From assembly GCA_045655245.1 (NCBI GenBank), contig JAZOOX010000045.1, positions 1-59,820 of the forward strand: a DNA stretch of 59,820 nucleotides, in the 5' to 3' direction. Source of the DNA: Clostridia bacterium (GTDB taxonomy: Bacteria; Bacillota; Clostridia; RGIG8785). Shown piece after piece: positions 10,555 to 20,828 of this stretch (position 1 is the stretch's first letter; each line of letters opens with the position of its first letter). The notes beneath the pieces are model-generated. The model did not search any database. It was given only the letters and a program-made list of their open reading frames with translations, and was not told the origin of the DNA. Both the position numbers and the translations under genes were made by a program.

Positions 10555-10943
10555 TGGACGTTTTAGAAAAAGCAAGAGAATTAGGCGAGGCGTTGTTTGA
10601 AAGCGAAACTTACCGCAAAATGAAAGAGGCCGAGGACAAGCATTTGGCCGATGTTCCTTCACAAGAAGCGGTTATGGCATACAACGAAGAGCGCAACGCA
10701 ATTATGGAACGTATGCGCAAAGATGGTGCTACTAAAGAGGATATCGAAACTTGTCAGGCTGAACTCCAAGCCGCTTTTGACCGCGTTTTGGAAAACGAAG
10801 TAGTACGCAATTATGTTGAAACCAAACAGGCATTTGAGACGCTCTTACAGCAGATTAACAATATTTTAGGTTATTATGCGAGAGGAAAGCAAGAAGGCGG
10901 CTGTGATCCTTCCAAGTGCTCTTCTTGCAGTGGATGTCACTAA
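10554..10943 (+). CDS. YlbF/YmcA-family protein with a C-terminal Cys cluster
   Basis: 129 aa helical protein in the conserved position between miaB and mutS. The C-terminus reads CDPSKCSSCSGCH. The start overlaps the miaB stop (TAATG). Confidence 0.7.
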   Translation: MDVLEKARELGEALFESETYRKMKEAEDKHLADVPSQEAVMAYNEERNAIMERMRKDGATKEDIETCQAELQAAFDRVLENEVVRNYVETKQAFETLLQQINNILGYYARGKQEGGCDPSKCSSCSGCH

Positions 10944-10970
10944 TAATTCTTTGAAACGCAGGTGAGACCA

Positions 10971-13580
10971 ATGGCTCCTTTAACACCAATGATGAAGCAG
11001 TACTTTCAGATTAAAGAGAACTATCCCGATGCGATACTTTTCTTTCGTTTGGGAGACTTTTACGAGATGTTTTTTGAGGATGCGATTACCGCATCCCGTG
11101 AGCTTGATATTGTTCTGACCGGACGGGATTGCGGTCAGAAGGAACGCGCTCCCATGTGCGGCATTCCTTTCCACGCCGCAGAACAGTATCTGACTCGTTT
11201 GGTAAACAAAGGATATAAAGTTGCAATATGTGAACAGCTGGAGAATCCGACCCAAGTAAAGGGAATGGTAAAGCGGGATGTCATCCGCGTCGTAACACCC
11301 GGGACCATTTTTGATTCCAATGCTTTGGACGATAAAAAGAACAATTACGTTTGCGCACTCATTTGTGATGAAGAGACTATTGGTGCTGCCTTTGCGGATA
11401 TTACTACCGGCGAATTGAACTCCGTTTGCTTTTCGGGCGCGGATGCAATGTTGCGTTTAATGAGTGAGATGGCGTATTATCGTCCCAGAGAGATCATCCA
11501 AAACGGACGGGCGTTTGAAAACAAGGAATTAGCGGAGTATGTTTCTAATAAAATCCCCGAATGTTTGATTCAGCGAATTGATGCTTCGATTCCCGTTGAG
11601 CATTATTACGGATGTATTTGCAAACAGTTCCATGTGGATTCCATCGAAAAGGTTGGGTTTGTACAGAACTCGGTAGCAGCATCCGCAGTCGGTGTTTTGC
11701 TGAACTACCTGATGGAAACCCAAAAGACAGAACTGACTCATATTTTGGAGATCCGTTTTTTCCGCGAAGGGGAACATATGGAATTGGATCCTGCCACCAG
11801 AAGAAACCTGGAGCTGTGTGAGACCATGCGCGACCGTGGTAAAAAAGGCACTCTGCTTTGGGTACTGGACGATACCTGTACCTCTATGGGAGCGCGGCTC
11901 TTGCGTCGTTATGTCGAACAACCCTTAATCAACGGTGATGCTATCCGCAGACGCTTAGAGGGGGTTTCGGAACTGGTTGACAGTACCGTTTTGCGTGAAG
12001 AGTTGAAAACGGCAATGTCACCCATCCGTGATATGGAACGCTTGTTGTCCAAAGTCGCTTGCAAAACGGCAAACTGTCGTGATCTGGTTGGCCTTAAAAT
12101 CTCTTTCGCTCAATTGCCTGCAATCGCAGAATTACTGAAAGGTTGTAAAAGCAATCTGCTTTCGAGCATTTCTTTAGAGTTTGACAGTTTAACCGATCTT
12201 TGTACTTTGATCGATCAGGCAATCGTTGAAAATCCGCCCGTTTCTCTTCGGGAAGGGAACATGATCCGCGATGGGTTCCACGACGAGGTAGACCAGTGCC
12301 GCTATATCATGCGCGAAGGGAAAAACCTGATTCTTACTTTCGAGCAGGAAGAAAAAGAACGGACGGGCATTAAGAATCTGAAAGTCAGCTACAATAAGGT
12401 CTATGGGTATTATATCGAGGTTTCCAAGTCAAATATTGATATGGTTCCCCCTGAATATGTACGCAAACAGACCATTGTTAACGGCGAACGCTATATTACT
12501 GAGCCCCTGAAAGAAATTGAAACGAAAGTTTTGGGTTCCTCCGAGCGTTTGGCACAACTGGAGTATGAAATCTTTTGCCGAATTCGTGATGAGGTTTATA
12601 ATGCCATTGACCGTATTCAAAATACCGCCCGATTAATTGCGCAGTTGGACGCTGTCACTTCGTTGGCATCGGCAGCTGTTCGTAACGGTTATCAAAAGCC
12701 TGTTATTACCGATAATGGCGAAATTACAATTTTGGACGGACGTCATCCCGTGGTCGAACGGATGACCAACGACGGCCTCTTTGTCCCTAACGATACGACA
12801 ATGGATTACGGCGAACACCGTTTTACCATCATTACCGGTCCTAATATGGCGGGTAAATCAACTTATATGCGTCAGGTAGCGTTGATTACGCTGATGGCAC
12901 AGATTGGTTCTTATGTCCCGGCAAAAGAGGCGAGAATCGGTGTGGTCGATCGTATTTTTACCCGCGTAGGCGCTTCGGATGATTTGGCGGCAGGGCAGAG
13001 TACCTTTATGGTTGAAATGTCTGAAGTCGCACACATTTTGAAAAATGCAACAAAACATTCTCTGATTATTCTGGATGAAATCGGTCGCGGCACCAGTACA
13101 TACGATGGTTTGAGTATTGCCTGGTCGGTGGTCGAATATTTAAGTGATTTAAAACGCATCGGCGCAAAAACTCTTTTTGCAACCCACTACCACGAATTGA
13201 CCCGCTTGGAGGGCTTGTTAGACGGCGTTAAAAATTATTGTATCGCCGTTAAAAAGCGCGGGGACGATGTTATCTTTTTACGGAAAATCGTCCGCGGTGG
13301 TGCAGACGACAGTTACGGCGTTGAGGTTGCAAAATTAGCGGGCGTTCCCGACGCGGTTATCCAACGTGCCAAGGAAATGGTGGTGCAGTTTGAAGATGGG
13401 AAACTGGACTTGCAGACATCCGTCGCTAAGGATTACAGCGATGCGCAACCCGTCTGCTCGGTAGAGAAGAAAGTGGCGCAATCGCTGATGGATACCGACT
13501 TGTCTTTTTTATCTCCCATTGAAGCGATGAATTATTTGTACCGTTTGCAACAGATGCTTTCGGAGGAAGGTGAATCCTAA
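10971..13580 (+). CDS. mutS: DNA mismatch repair protein MutS
   Basis: N-terminus MAPLTPMMKQYF, Walker A GPNMAGKST, and DEIGRGTSTYDG. The ATG at 10971 with RBS aggtga is preferred over the listed GTG at 10962. Confidence 0.96.
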   Translation: MAPLTPMMKQYFQIKENYPDAILFFRLGDFYEMFFEDAITASRELDIVLTGRDCGQKERAPMCGIPFHAAEQYLTRLVNKGYKVAICEQLENPTQVKGMVKRDVIRVVTPGTIFDSNALDDKKNNYVCALICDEETIGAAFADITTGELNSVCFSGADAMLRLMSEMAYYRPREIIQNGRAFENKELAEYVSNKIPECLIQRIDASIPVEHYYGCICKQFHVDSIEKVGFVQNSVAASAVGVLLNYLMETQKTELTHILEIRFFREGEHMELDPATRRNLELCETMRDRGKKGTLLWVLDDTCTSMGARLLRRYVEQPLINGDAIRRRLEGVSELVDSTVLREELKTAMSPIRDMERLLSKVACKTANCRDLVGLKISFAQLPAIAELLKGCKSNLLSSISLEFDSLTDLCTLIDQAIVENPPVSLREGNMIRDGFHDEVDQCRYIMREGKNLILTFEQEEKERTGIKNLKVSYNKVYGYYIEVSKSNIDMVPPEYVRKQTIVNGERYITEPLKEIETKVLGSSERLAQLEYEIFCRIRDEVYNAIDRIQNTARLIAQLDAVTSLASAAVRNGYQKPVITDNGEITILDGRHPVVERMTNDGLFVPNDTTMDYGEHRFTIITGPNMAGKSTYMRQVALITLMAQIGSYVPAKEARIGVVDRIFTRVGASDDLAAGQSTFMVEMSEVAHILKNATKHSLIILDEIGRGTSTYDGLSIAWSVVEYLSDLKRIGAKTLFATHYHELTRLEGLLDGVKNYCIAVKKRGDDVIFLRKIVRGGADDSYGVEVAKLAGVPDAVIQRAKEMVVQFEDGKLDLQTSVAKDYSDAQPVCSVEKKVAQSLMDTDLSFLSPIEAMNYLYRLQQMLSEEGES

Positions 13581-15388
13581 TGAAGATTCAAGTACTAAGC
13601 AAACATGTATCGGATCTGATCGCGGCAGGCGAGGTAGTTGAACGCCCCGTTTCGGTTGTCAAGGAGCTGGTGGAAAATGCTTTGGATGCCGGCGCAGATT
13701 ATATCGTAATAGAAACACAACGCGGCGGTTTGGCGTCGATCCGAGTAACCGATAACGGCTGTGGTATTTCTTCCGCCGATGTTGAAACTGCGTTTTTGCG
13801 CCATGCTACCAGCAAAATTCAAACTGCGCGGGATTTGGAATCCATAGCTACAATGGGGTTCCGCGGTGAAGCCTTGTCCAGTATTGCCGCCGTTTCTAAA
13901 ATCCGCTTATTGACCCGTACTGCCGATAGTGACGAAGGTGTACTCCTGGAATTAGAAGGCGGCGCAGTGGTTGACCGCCAACCTGTTGGCTGTCCTGTGG
14001 GTACGACTTTTATGGTTTCTGATCTCTTTTATAACACCCCTGCGCGACTGAAGTTTGTCAAAAAAGATGCCACCGAAGCAGGGCATATTGCCGATTTGAT
14101 TGATGCAATGGCATTGGCACATCCCGATGTTTCCTTCCGCTTGATTCAAAACGGGCGAGAGAGTTTACACACTGCAGGCGACGGTGACCTGCAAGGCGCT
14201 GCCTACTCCGTTTTGGGAAGCGACATTGCAAAGCATTTACTTGCAGTAGACTATACCAGCGAAAACATGCATGTTAATGGTATGATCGGAACAGGCGAGA
14301 CCGCTCGTTCCAATCGTAAGGGCCAGCTGTTTTTCGTCAATCGTCGGTTGGTAAAAAGCAAACTCTTTTTTGCTGCAATCGAGGAAGCAACCGAAGGGGT
14401 TATTGTTGGGAAGCGTCATCCGGTATGTATGCTGAATATCGAAATTGATCCCTCCCAAATTGATATCAACGTACATCCCAGCAAAAGCGAAGTAAAGTTT
14501 TCGCGGGAGAACGAGGTGTATCATCTCTTATACTGGGGAATTAAAAACGCTTTCTATAAAAAGCCGATCGTTCCCGAGATTACCTTGGATCGGGAAGAAG
14601 AGCCTCGCAATGAAGAGAGGATTATGCCCGCAGAAACAAGCGTAACGGTTAAACCTTCCGAAGAACCGCCGAAAAAAACGGAACCGACCATCTGGCAAGA
14701 GGTGCCGAAAACGGTTTTTCCGTCCCCAAAAGCGGAGCAGATCGCTGCTGTTTTAAACAGCGCCCCCGCCCCACGGGAGGAACACGATTTAATGCCCAAG
14801 CAGCCGCCGTTGGAAGCAGAGGAGTGGCGCATTGTGGGACAAGCATTCCAGACTTATATCATCGCTGAAAAAGGGGATGAAATGCTGATTGTAGACCAGC
14901 ACGCCGCGCATGAACGGTTGAAGTACGAGCAACTGCGAAAACAACAGACTGCCGTTATTTCACAGGAACTCTTCCAACCGCTGGTCTTGGACTTTACCAA
15001 ATCGGAAGTCGCTTTGCTTTCAGAAAACGCCGCCCGTTTCCGGTCCTTGGGCTTTGATTTTGAAGAGTTTGGCGGAAACAGCCTGCGCTTTAATCGGATT
15101 CCTGTTTCGATTACTTCTACCGATGTCGAACAGGTCATTCGTGAACTCATTGACCAATTGGATGCACAACGTTCGGTTATTGAAAGCGAATTTCAGTCCC
15201 GTGCATTGTACACTATTGCTTGTAAGGCGGCAATTAAAGCTAACCAGAACTTAAGTGAAACTGAGATGAAGCAGTTGATTACAGATGTTTTGGCATTGGG
15301 CTCTATTAACACTTGCCCCCACGGACGTCCCATTACCCTTAAGATGACCAAGCGTGAATTGGAAAAACACTTTAAACGTATTGTATAA
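13580..15388 (+). CDS. mutL: DNA mismatch repair protein MutL
   Basis: GHKL ATPase motifs (AAGEVVERP, ELVENALDAG, DNGCGI, GFRGEAL) and the C-terminal endonuclease motif DQHAAHERLKYE. Confidence 0.96.
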   Translation: MKIQVLSKHVSDLIAAGEVVERPVSVVKELVENALDAGADYIVIETQRGGLASIRVTDNGCGISSADVETAFLRHATSKIQTARDLESIATMGFRGEALSSIAAVSKIRLLTRTADSDEGVLLELEGGAVVDRQPVGCPVGTTFMVSDLFYNTPARLKFVKKDATEAGHIADLIDAMALAHPDVSFRLIQNGRESLHTAGDGDLQGAAYSVLGSDIAKHLLAVDYTSENMHVNGMIGTGETARSNRKGQLFFVNRRLVKSKLFFAAIEEATEGVIVGKRHPVCMLNIEIDPSQIDINVHPSKSEVKFSRENEVYHLLYWGIKNAFYKKPIVPEITLDREEEPRNEERIMPAETSVTVKPSEEPPKKTEPTIWQEVPKTVFPSPKAEQIAAVLNSAPAPREEHDLMPKQPPLEAEEWRIVGQAFQTYIIAEKGDEMLIVDQHAAHERLKYEQLRKQQTAVISQELFQPLVLDFTKSEVALLSENAARFRSLGFDFEEFGGNSLRFNRIPVSITSTDVEQVIRELIDQLDAQRSVIESEFQSRALYTIACKAAIKANQNLSETEMKQLITDVLALGSINTCPHGRPITLKMTKRELEKHFKRIV

Positions 15389-15396
15389 GGACTTTT

Positions 15397-16323
15397 ATGA
15401 TGATTGATCTTGTTGTGATCGCGGGACCGACCGCTACCGGAAAAACGAAGTTATCCGTCGAGCTTGCCAAACGGTTCAACGGTGAGATCGTGAACGCAGA
15501 TTCAATGCAAATCTACAAAGAAATGGATATTGGTACCGCCAAGCCAACCGTTGAAGAGCGGGAAGGGATTCCACATCACTTGATGAGTTTTGTGCATCCG
15601 TTAGACACCTTCAGTGTTAAAGAGTATGTTGAACTTGCCCATCAAACGGTTAAAAACATTTCCGATGCAGGGAAATTACCTATTGTAGTCGGCGGGACCG
15701 GAATGTATATCAACGCTTTGGTTGATTGCACCGCCTTTCACGATTTGGACCCCGACCCCAAGGTTACTGCGCATCTGCAAAAGATTTTGGAAGAGGCGGG
15801 GGCGCAAGGACTTTTCGATGAATTACAGCGAATCGACCCTGAATTGGCTTCGCAACTTCACCCCAATAACCAAAGGCGGGTATTTCGTGCACTGGAACTT
15901 TACTACCTGACCGGAGTTGTTCCCACACAGATTCGCAAGGAGGCAATTGAACAGCCAAGCATTTACCGTCCTTTGATGTTGGCGGCAGATTTCGAACGCC
16001 AAGTGTTATATGACCGGATCAACCTTCGCGTCGGCGAGATGCTGAACTGCGGTTTGGTGGATGAAGTAAAAGGATTGCGCGAATTGGGGTGCACGTCGGA
16101 ACACCAATCGATGCAAGGAATCGGCTATAAAGAAGTGTTCCCCTATCTGGACGGGAGCATTACAACAGAAGAATTATACGAACAGATTTGCCGTAATACG
16201 CGGCGGTATGCAAAACGTCAGATGACTTGGTTTCGTCGGGACAAGCGTGTATTGTGGCAAAAGGACGGGTTTGACATCGAACATTGTTGTTCGTTGGTGA
16301 AAACATTTATTTCTGAAAAGTAG
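15397..16323 (+). CDS. miaA: tRNA dimethylallyltransferase
   Basis: P-loop GPTATGKT, DSMQIYKEMDIGTAKP and GGTGMY. Confidence 0.94.
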   Translation: MMIDLVVIAGPTATGKTKLSVELAKRFNGEIVNADSMQIYKEMDIGTAKPTVEEREGIPHHLMSFVHPLDTFSVKEYVELAHQTVKNISDAGKLPIVVGGTGMYINALVDCTAFHDLDPDPKVTAHLQKILEEAGAQGLFDELQRIDPELASQLHPNNQRRVFRALELYYLTGVVPTQIRKEAIEQPSIYRPLMLAADFERQVLYDRINLRVGEMLNCGLVDEVKGLRELGCTSEHQSMQGIGYKEVFPYLDGSITTEELYEQICRNTRRYAKRQMTWFRRDKRVLWQKDGFDIEHCCSLVKTFISEK

Positions 16324-17511
16324 GTGAATGTGTTGAAAAAAGGCTTGAAACGAACGATTTTGTCCATTGCTATCATTGTCTGCCTTTTATTGATAGTCAA
16401 CATTTTTCGATATCTGAATAAAAATCTGTCCTATTCCATAGCAAATAAAACGACGGTTGAAAGAGTGATCGCCGCAGACGCAACAGTTGTACGTAACGAG
16501 AAAACCGTTCCGATTAACGGCGGTGTATTCGAGGCAACGATTACTCCCGGAACCCGAGTGAGCGGGAAGAGTTTGTTGGGGCATTTGTACAAGGGGACTC
16601 TTGACAAAACGACTGAAGCTAAACTAAGAAGTTTGAACGAACAAATCGCTCAGCTTTCAGCTGATTCTTTGTTTGAAGACAACTACCATGAAACTTTCCC
16701 CGAAGAAGCCGCCGTTAACGAAGCACGTTTACTGCTGGCCGCAATCAATGCAGGAGATTACCAACAAATTTCTGTCCGAAGCATGTCTATTAAGTCTGCC
16801 TTAAATCAGCAGAAAAAGGAAGGCGAAAAAACCAACTTTGACCAACAGTTGGAGCGCTTGCGCGAGGAAAAAGCACGTCTCGAGGAACAGATTTCGACGG
16901 TGCGGGAAAACGTCTATGCGCCTTTTGGCGGCATTTTTTCCGAATCAGTTGACGGATACGAAGACGTCCTCCCCATCAAGATGTTAAAAACCTTGACCCC
17001 TTCTGTTTTACAGGATACTGTTCCTGTTAAAAACAAAACCGACTATATTAAAATTATCGATAACAGCGAATGGTTTTTAGCTTTGGAAACCGCTGCAGAG
17101 GAGTGCAAAAACCTTTCTGTTGGTAGTTCGGTTGCGATTCGCATTCCCGAACTGGGCGGAGAAGATATTCCTGCAACGATATATTCGATCAACTTCGAAG
17201 ACGACAGGTGTTGCTTGGTGATTTCGTGTTCCAGAACATTAACGGGCATTTTTGATCACCGCCACTTAAAGGTGCAAGTCGTTGTTTCTTCTCGTAACGG
17301 ATATAAGATTCCCTCCGAAGCCTTGCGTATGCGGGAAGGTCAAAAAGGCGTATATGTAGTAAGGGATAATATTGCCCGTTTTGTACCGATTGAAATTTTG
17401 CTTCAGGAAGATACGTTTATTCTGGTGAGTACGTCTACTACGGGTGGAATTAAACTCTATGATGAAATTATCACTTCAGGAAATGTCGAAGAAGGGATGT
17501 TGGTACGATGA
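16324..17511 (+). CDS. HlyD-family (membrane-fusion-like) protein
   Basis: N-terminal TM helix, a long coiled-coil (QQLERLREEKARLEEQ) and beta-barrel-like flanks. GTG start directly after the miaA stop. Family assignment is tentative. Confidence 0.55.
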   Translation: MNVLKKGLKRTILSIAIIVCLLLIVNIFRYLNKNLSYSIANKTTVERVIAADATVVRNEKTVPINGGVFEATITPGTRVSGKSLLGHLYKGTLDKTTEAKLRSLNEQIAQLSADSLFEDNYHETFPEEAAVNEARLLLAAINAGDYQQISVRSMSIKSALNQQKKEGEKTNFDQQLERLREEKARLEEQISTVRENVYAPFGGIFSESVDGYEDVLPIKMLKTLTPSVLQDTVPVKNKTDYIKIIDNSEWFLALETAAEECKNLSVGSSVAIRIPELGGEDIPATIYSINFEDDRCCLVISCSRTLTGIFDHRHLKVQVVVSSRNGYKIPSEALRMREGQKGVYVVRDNIARFVPIEILLQEDTFILVSTSTTGGIKLYDEIITSGNVEEGMLVR

Positions 17512-18197
17512 TTGCTGAGAACATCCAAAGAGTACGGGAACAAATTGCCGATGCCTGCCAAAAAGCCGGAAAGACGGACGATACGCTTCGTCTGGTTGCA
17601 GTGACAAAAACGATCGAGACCGAACGTATTAACGAAGCACTGGCTTTGGGGATCACCGATGTGGGCGAAAACCGCGTCCAGGAACTTTCGATCAAAGCAG
17701 ACCTTTTGTTGCCCCGTCCCACCTTTCATTTGATAGGACATTTGCAAACCAATAAGGTCAAAAACGCGGTTCAATATGCGGATTTTATCCACTCGGTGGA
17801 TTCTTTGCATCTTGCAAAGGAGATCCAAAAACAAGCATTTGCGACAGGGAAAACTGTGCAGATTTTATTGCAGGTCAATACCAGCGGCGAAGAATCCAAA
17901 TTCGGTGTTTCGCCTGATGGGCTGTTTGCTTTGACGGAGGGGGTCCTTACATTTTCCAATATCAGAATTCGTGGACTGATGACAATAGCCCCCAAAACGG
18001 ATACAGCAGAGGAGACACGACCGATTTTTGAAAAAACGCGCAAACTTTATGAACGCTTGTCGAATGAATATTTTTCATCTGCACCGCTGGATATGCTTTC
18101 GATGGGAATGTCCAACGACTTTGCCCAGGCGATTTTAGAAGGTGCGAATGTGATCCGTATCGGGCGAAGTATTTTTGGTGAGCGTATTTACCATTGA
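17508..18197 (+). CDS. YggS-family pyridoxal-phosphate homeostasis protein
   Basis: 229 aa. VAVTKT carries the PLP lysine; also HLIGHLQTNK and MGMSNDF. ATGA overlap with the upstream gene. Confidence 0.88.
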   Translation: MIAENIQRVREQIADACQKAGKTDDTLRLVAVTKTIETERINEALALGITDVGENRVQELSIKADLLLPRPTFHLIGHLQTNKVKNAVQYADFIHSVDSLHLAKEIQKQAFATGKTVQILLQVNTSGEESKFGVSPDGLFALTEGVLTFSNIRIRGLMTIAPKTDTAEETRPIFEKTRKLYERLSNEYFSSAPLDMLSMGMSNDFAQAILEGANVIRIGRSIFGERIYH

Positions 18198-18222
18198 CTT
18201 TTATCCAATCGTAACGTATAAT
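18194..18222 (+). promoter_or_regulatory. SigmaA-type promoter for smpB and ssrA
   Basis: TTGACT (18194..18199), a 17 nt spacer, then TATAAT (18217..18222). Confidence 0.55.
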
Positions 18223-18266
18223 AGTTTTCGTTGACTTTGCATAAACTGTTTTTGAAAGGAGACCTT

Positions 18267-18734
18267 ATGGGCCAGGAAAAGCGCACAATTGCTCAAAACA
18301 GAAAAGCGCGCCATGACTACTTTATCGAAGAAGTCTACGAAGCCGGCGTTGTGCTTACGGGCACCGAGGTAAAATCCTTGCGGCAGGGGAGAGTCAATTT
18401 AAAAGATTCTTATGTAACGATCAAAGACGGCGAATTGATCGCTATCGGTGTTCATATCAGTCCTTATGAAAAGGGCAATATCTTCAATACCGACCCCTTA
18501 CGGGAACGGAAACTCTTGATGCACCGTAGTGAGATTAACCGCCTGTTTGGAAAAGTAAAAGAAAAAGGTTTTTCCCTGATTCCCTTGTCACTTTACTTTT
18601 CGGGACAGTATGTAAAGTTGGAACTTGCTCTGGCACGGGGTAAAAAGCTCTATGACAAGCGCGACACTCTGGCAGAAAAGGCAGAGCGCCGTGATACAGA
18701 ACGAAGTATCAAAGAAATCTTTAAAAACGCATAG
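18267..18734 (+). CDS. smpB: SsrA-binding protein SmpB
   Basis: [22 protein letters not shown]...GTEVKSLR. The ATG at 18267 follows RBS aaaggaga. The listed TTG at 18231 is an unlikely N-terminal extension. Confidence 0.94.
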   Translation: MGQEKRTIAQNRKARHDYFIEEVYEAGVVLTGTEVKSLRQGRVNLKDSYVTIKDGELIAIGVHISPYEKGNIFNTDPLRERKLLMHRSEINRLFGKVKEKGFSLIPLSLYFSGQYVKLELALARGKKLYDKRDTLAEKAERRDTERSIKEIFKNA

Positions 18735-19080
18735 GGGGGCGTAATTGGTTTCGACAGGGATCATGAAGCATGAAAAGCGGGTAGTTGCGTTGGACAACTT
18801 TAAAACCGACACCTTAAATTAGACGCTAACAAAAACTTAGCTGTAGCTGCGTAATGCGGCTTGCACCTCCGCGTGGTAACCGCTCCGGCGGAAAGTGCAT
18901 CATCTAAGCGGTGAACGTGCGTGCGCAAAGCTTTGAGCGCACCATGAACAATGAAGCTACTGATACGACTCGTTTGTTTGTGTATGGGTCTTTGATGGAA
19001 TTCTAAAACACATTCTGCACCCGGAGAAGTTTGTGTGAATTGGTTTTTGGACAGGGGTTCAACTCCCCTCGCCTCCACCA
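18735..19080 (+). ncRNA. ssrA: tmRNA (SsrA)
   Basis: The 5' GGGGGCG pairs with the 3' CGCCUCC-A-CCA and includes a G3:U pair. A tRNA-like T-arm GGGGTTCAACTCCCC is present. The internal tag frame GAC GCT AAC AAA AAC TTA GCT GTA GCT GCG TAA (18822..18854) ends in LAVAA-stop. The gene starts directly after the smpB stop codon. Confidence 0.93.
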
Positions 19081-19085
19081 AAAAA

Positions 19086-19116
19086 GCAGACCTTTACAAC
19101 AAGGTCTGCTTTTTGT
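19086..19116 (+). terminator. Rho-independent terminator after ssrA
   Basis: gcagacctt / aaggtctgc stem followed by TTTTT. Confidence 0.8.
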
Positions 19117-19173
19117 TTGCTTGAAATATCGTTATCATTATGTTATAATAAATTCAAAAAAGAGGTGATTATA

Positions 19174-19950
19174 TTGAACATCAATCATACGAAAGAAAAA
19201 TTGCTTAGGAAACTGGATGGTGTATATCAAAAGTTAGTTATTTCTTCGGAAATGTCTGAAACCAAAGCATTTACGAAGATGATGGAAACCGTATCGGGTG
19301 ATGTGCATAGGCAAAGGATGACAAAATTCATTCAAACATATCAAGATGATGTTTTATGCATTGACTACGAAAGTGTCGTCCCTCATTACGGCGAGGCTCA
19401 AATCTTTGATATACTTCTAAGTGATTTGTTGGATTGCGATGGCGAATACACCTTATATCTAAACGTGCCCCGACGAAAAATTACCGAAGTGAAAGAAACT
19501 TTCAATAAGGTCTTCTTACATATGAAAGGATGGGTTGAAAACATCAGCGGCTCTTATCTGGACGATGGGTATGTTGTTGATGTTCGAGACAATCGTTCTG
19601 ACAGCGCAGGCAGTTATATAAAAGTATATCCAAACGGACAAGTCAGGCTTGTAACTGATTATGATTACCGTATTGATAAAACGGAATTTTTCCTTGTAGA
19701 TGTTTTGAGCGAAAAGCTGAATTCTGAAATCAAGAAAAAAGTTACAGAGTTGGTAGAGGGGAAGCGGTCGTCGAGTGGTAAAGAAGGGGACTTGTCAGAA
19801 CCTTTTATTATCACGTACGGCCTTGAATGGTTAGGCTATAATCAAAGCCTTCAAATTGACAGAGAGGTATGTTTTGCCGAAAAGGCTCCTTTAAGCGCAT
19901 TGGGAAAATTACTTGAAATCCCTATAATTAAAGAGAAGTTTATACGCTGA
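19174..19950 (+). CDS. Hypothetical protein, no recognisable domain
   Basis: TTG start at 19174, 7 nt after RBS agaggtga. The listed start at 19117 lacks an RBS. Local sequence looks more A/T-rich than the flanks by eye. This is the first gene after the tmRNA. Confidence 0.6.
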   Translation: MNINHTKEKLLRKLDGVYQKLVISSEMSETKAFTKMMETVSGDVHRQRMTKFIQTYQDDVLCIDYESVVPHYGEAQIFDILLSDLLDCDGEYTLYLNVPRRKITEVKETFNKVFLHMKGWVENISGSYLDDGYVVDVRDNRSDSAGSYIKVYPNGQVRLVTDYDYRIDKTEFFLVDVLSEKLNSEIKKKVTELVEGKRSSSGKEGDLSEPFIITYGLEWLGYNQSLQIDREVCFAEKAPLSALGKLLEIPIIKEKFIR

Positions 19951-19995
19951 AGAATGGAGAACATTATAATTGCAAAAAAATAAGTAAGAACGAGT

Positions 19996-20826
19996 GTGAT
20001 ATGGATGGGCAGAAAACTGTTTTGCGAAATTTCACCGTTGACCTATTGGATATCGGTACAAAAGAATATTCTGTTGCGCAATGTCAAGGACCTATTTAGT
20101 AAACAAAAATTTGCTCGTCAAAAAGCGAAAAAGAAATTACCAGTCAAGGTATTTGAGCATCGTTCAACAATCAGGCGGGTTTTGGGTGGCGTTGATATGA
20201 CTCTACAGGAAAACAAGGCAAAAAACCTTTCCTTGGCGGCACCTAAAATCGACGGCGTTTTGATATATCCCGGTGAGGTGTTTTCGCTTTGGAAGCTGGT
20301 GGGACCGTGCAAGGCTTCGATGGGATATAGGGAAGGCGTTACCATTTCCAACGGAAAAGTTTTTTCCGGAATCGGGGGTGGGATGTGCCAACTGAGCAAC
20401 CTGATTCATTGGATGGTTTTGCATTCTCCTCTTGAAATCGTGGAACATCACCATCACGACGGATTTGATTTATTCCCTGATTACAATCGTAAGGTGCCTT
20501 TTGGGACAGGAACGTCCATTACGTACAATTATCTGGACTATCGGTTTAAAAACACAACCGACAATGTTTTTCAACTCTGTATTCAGGTAAGTGAACAGGA
20601 GTTGGAAGGAGAACTTCGTGCATGTGAGCTTCCCGAATATCAGTATGAAATCCGGACGGAAAACGAACGGTTTGTTCGGAAGGACGGGGTTGTATACAGA
20701 AAAGGAAGTGTATTTAGAAAGTGTACTAACCGTGATACGGAAGAAATCGTATGGGAGAGGTGCATTCGCGAGAACCATGCAAAAGTAATGTATAGCACCG
20801 ATGCTTTGGCGATATCGGAGGAATAA
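19996..20826 (+). CDS. VanW-family protein
   Basis: Typical VanW N-terminus (RKLFCEISPLTYWISVQK) and core (GGGMCQLSNLIHWMVLHSPLEIVEHHHH, FGTGTSITYNYLDYRFKN). Confidence 0.85.
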   Translation: MIWMGRKLFCEISPLTYWISVQKNILLRNVKDLFSKQKFARQKAKKKLPVKVFEHRSTIRRVLGGVDMTLQENKAKNLSLAAPKIDGVLIYPGEVFSLWKLVGPCKASMGYREGVTISNGKVFSGIGGGMCQLSNLIHWMVLHSPLEIVEHHHHDGFDLFPDYNRKVPFGTGTSITYNYLDYRFKNTTDNVFQLCIQVSEQELEGELRACELPEYQYEIRTENERFVRKDGVVYRKGSVFRKCTNRDTEEIVWERCIRENHAKVMYSTDALAISEE

Positions 20827-20828
20827 AA

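Noticed and set aside
15121-15127. Other TGTCGAA heptamers, for example in mutL at 15124..15130 and in mutS near 11912.
   Set aside because: They are single copies inside coding sequence at roughly the frequency expected by chance. There is no reason to assign them regulatory meaning.
18800-19081. A 93-aa minus-strand ORF.
   Set aside because: It lies entirely within the tmRNA gene, and the RNA-gene explanation is far stronger.
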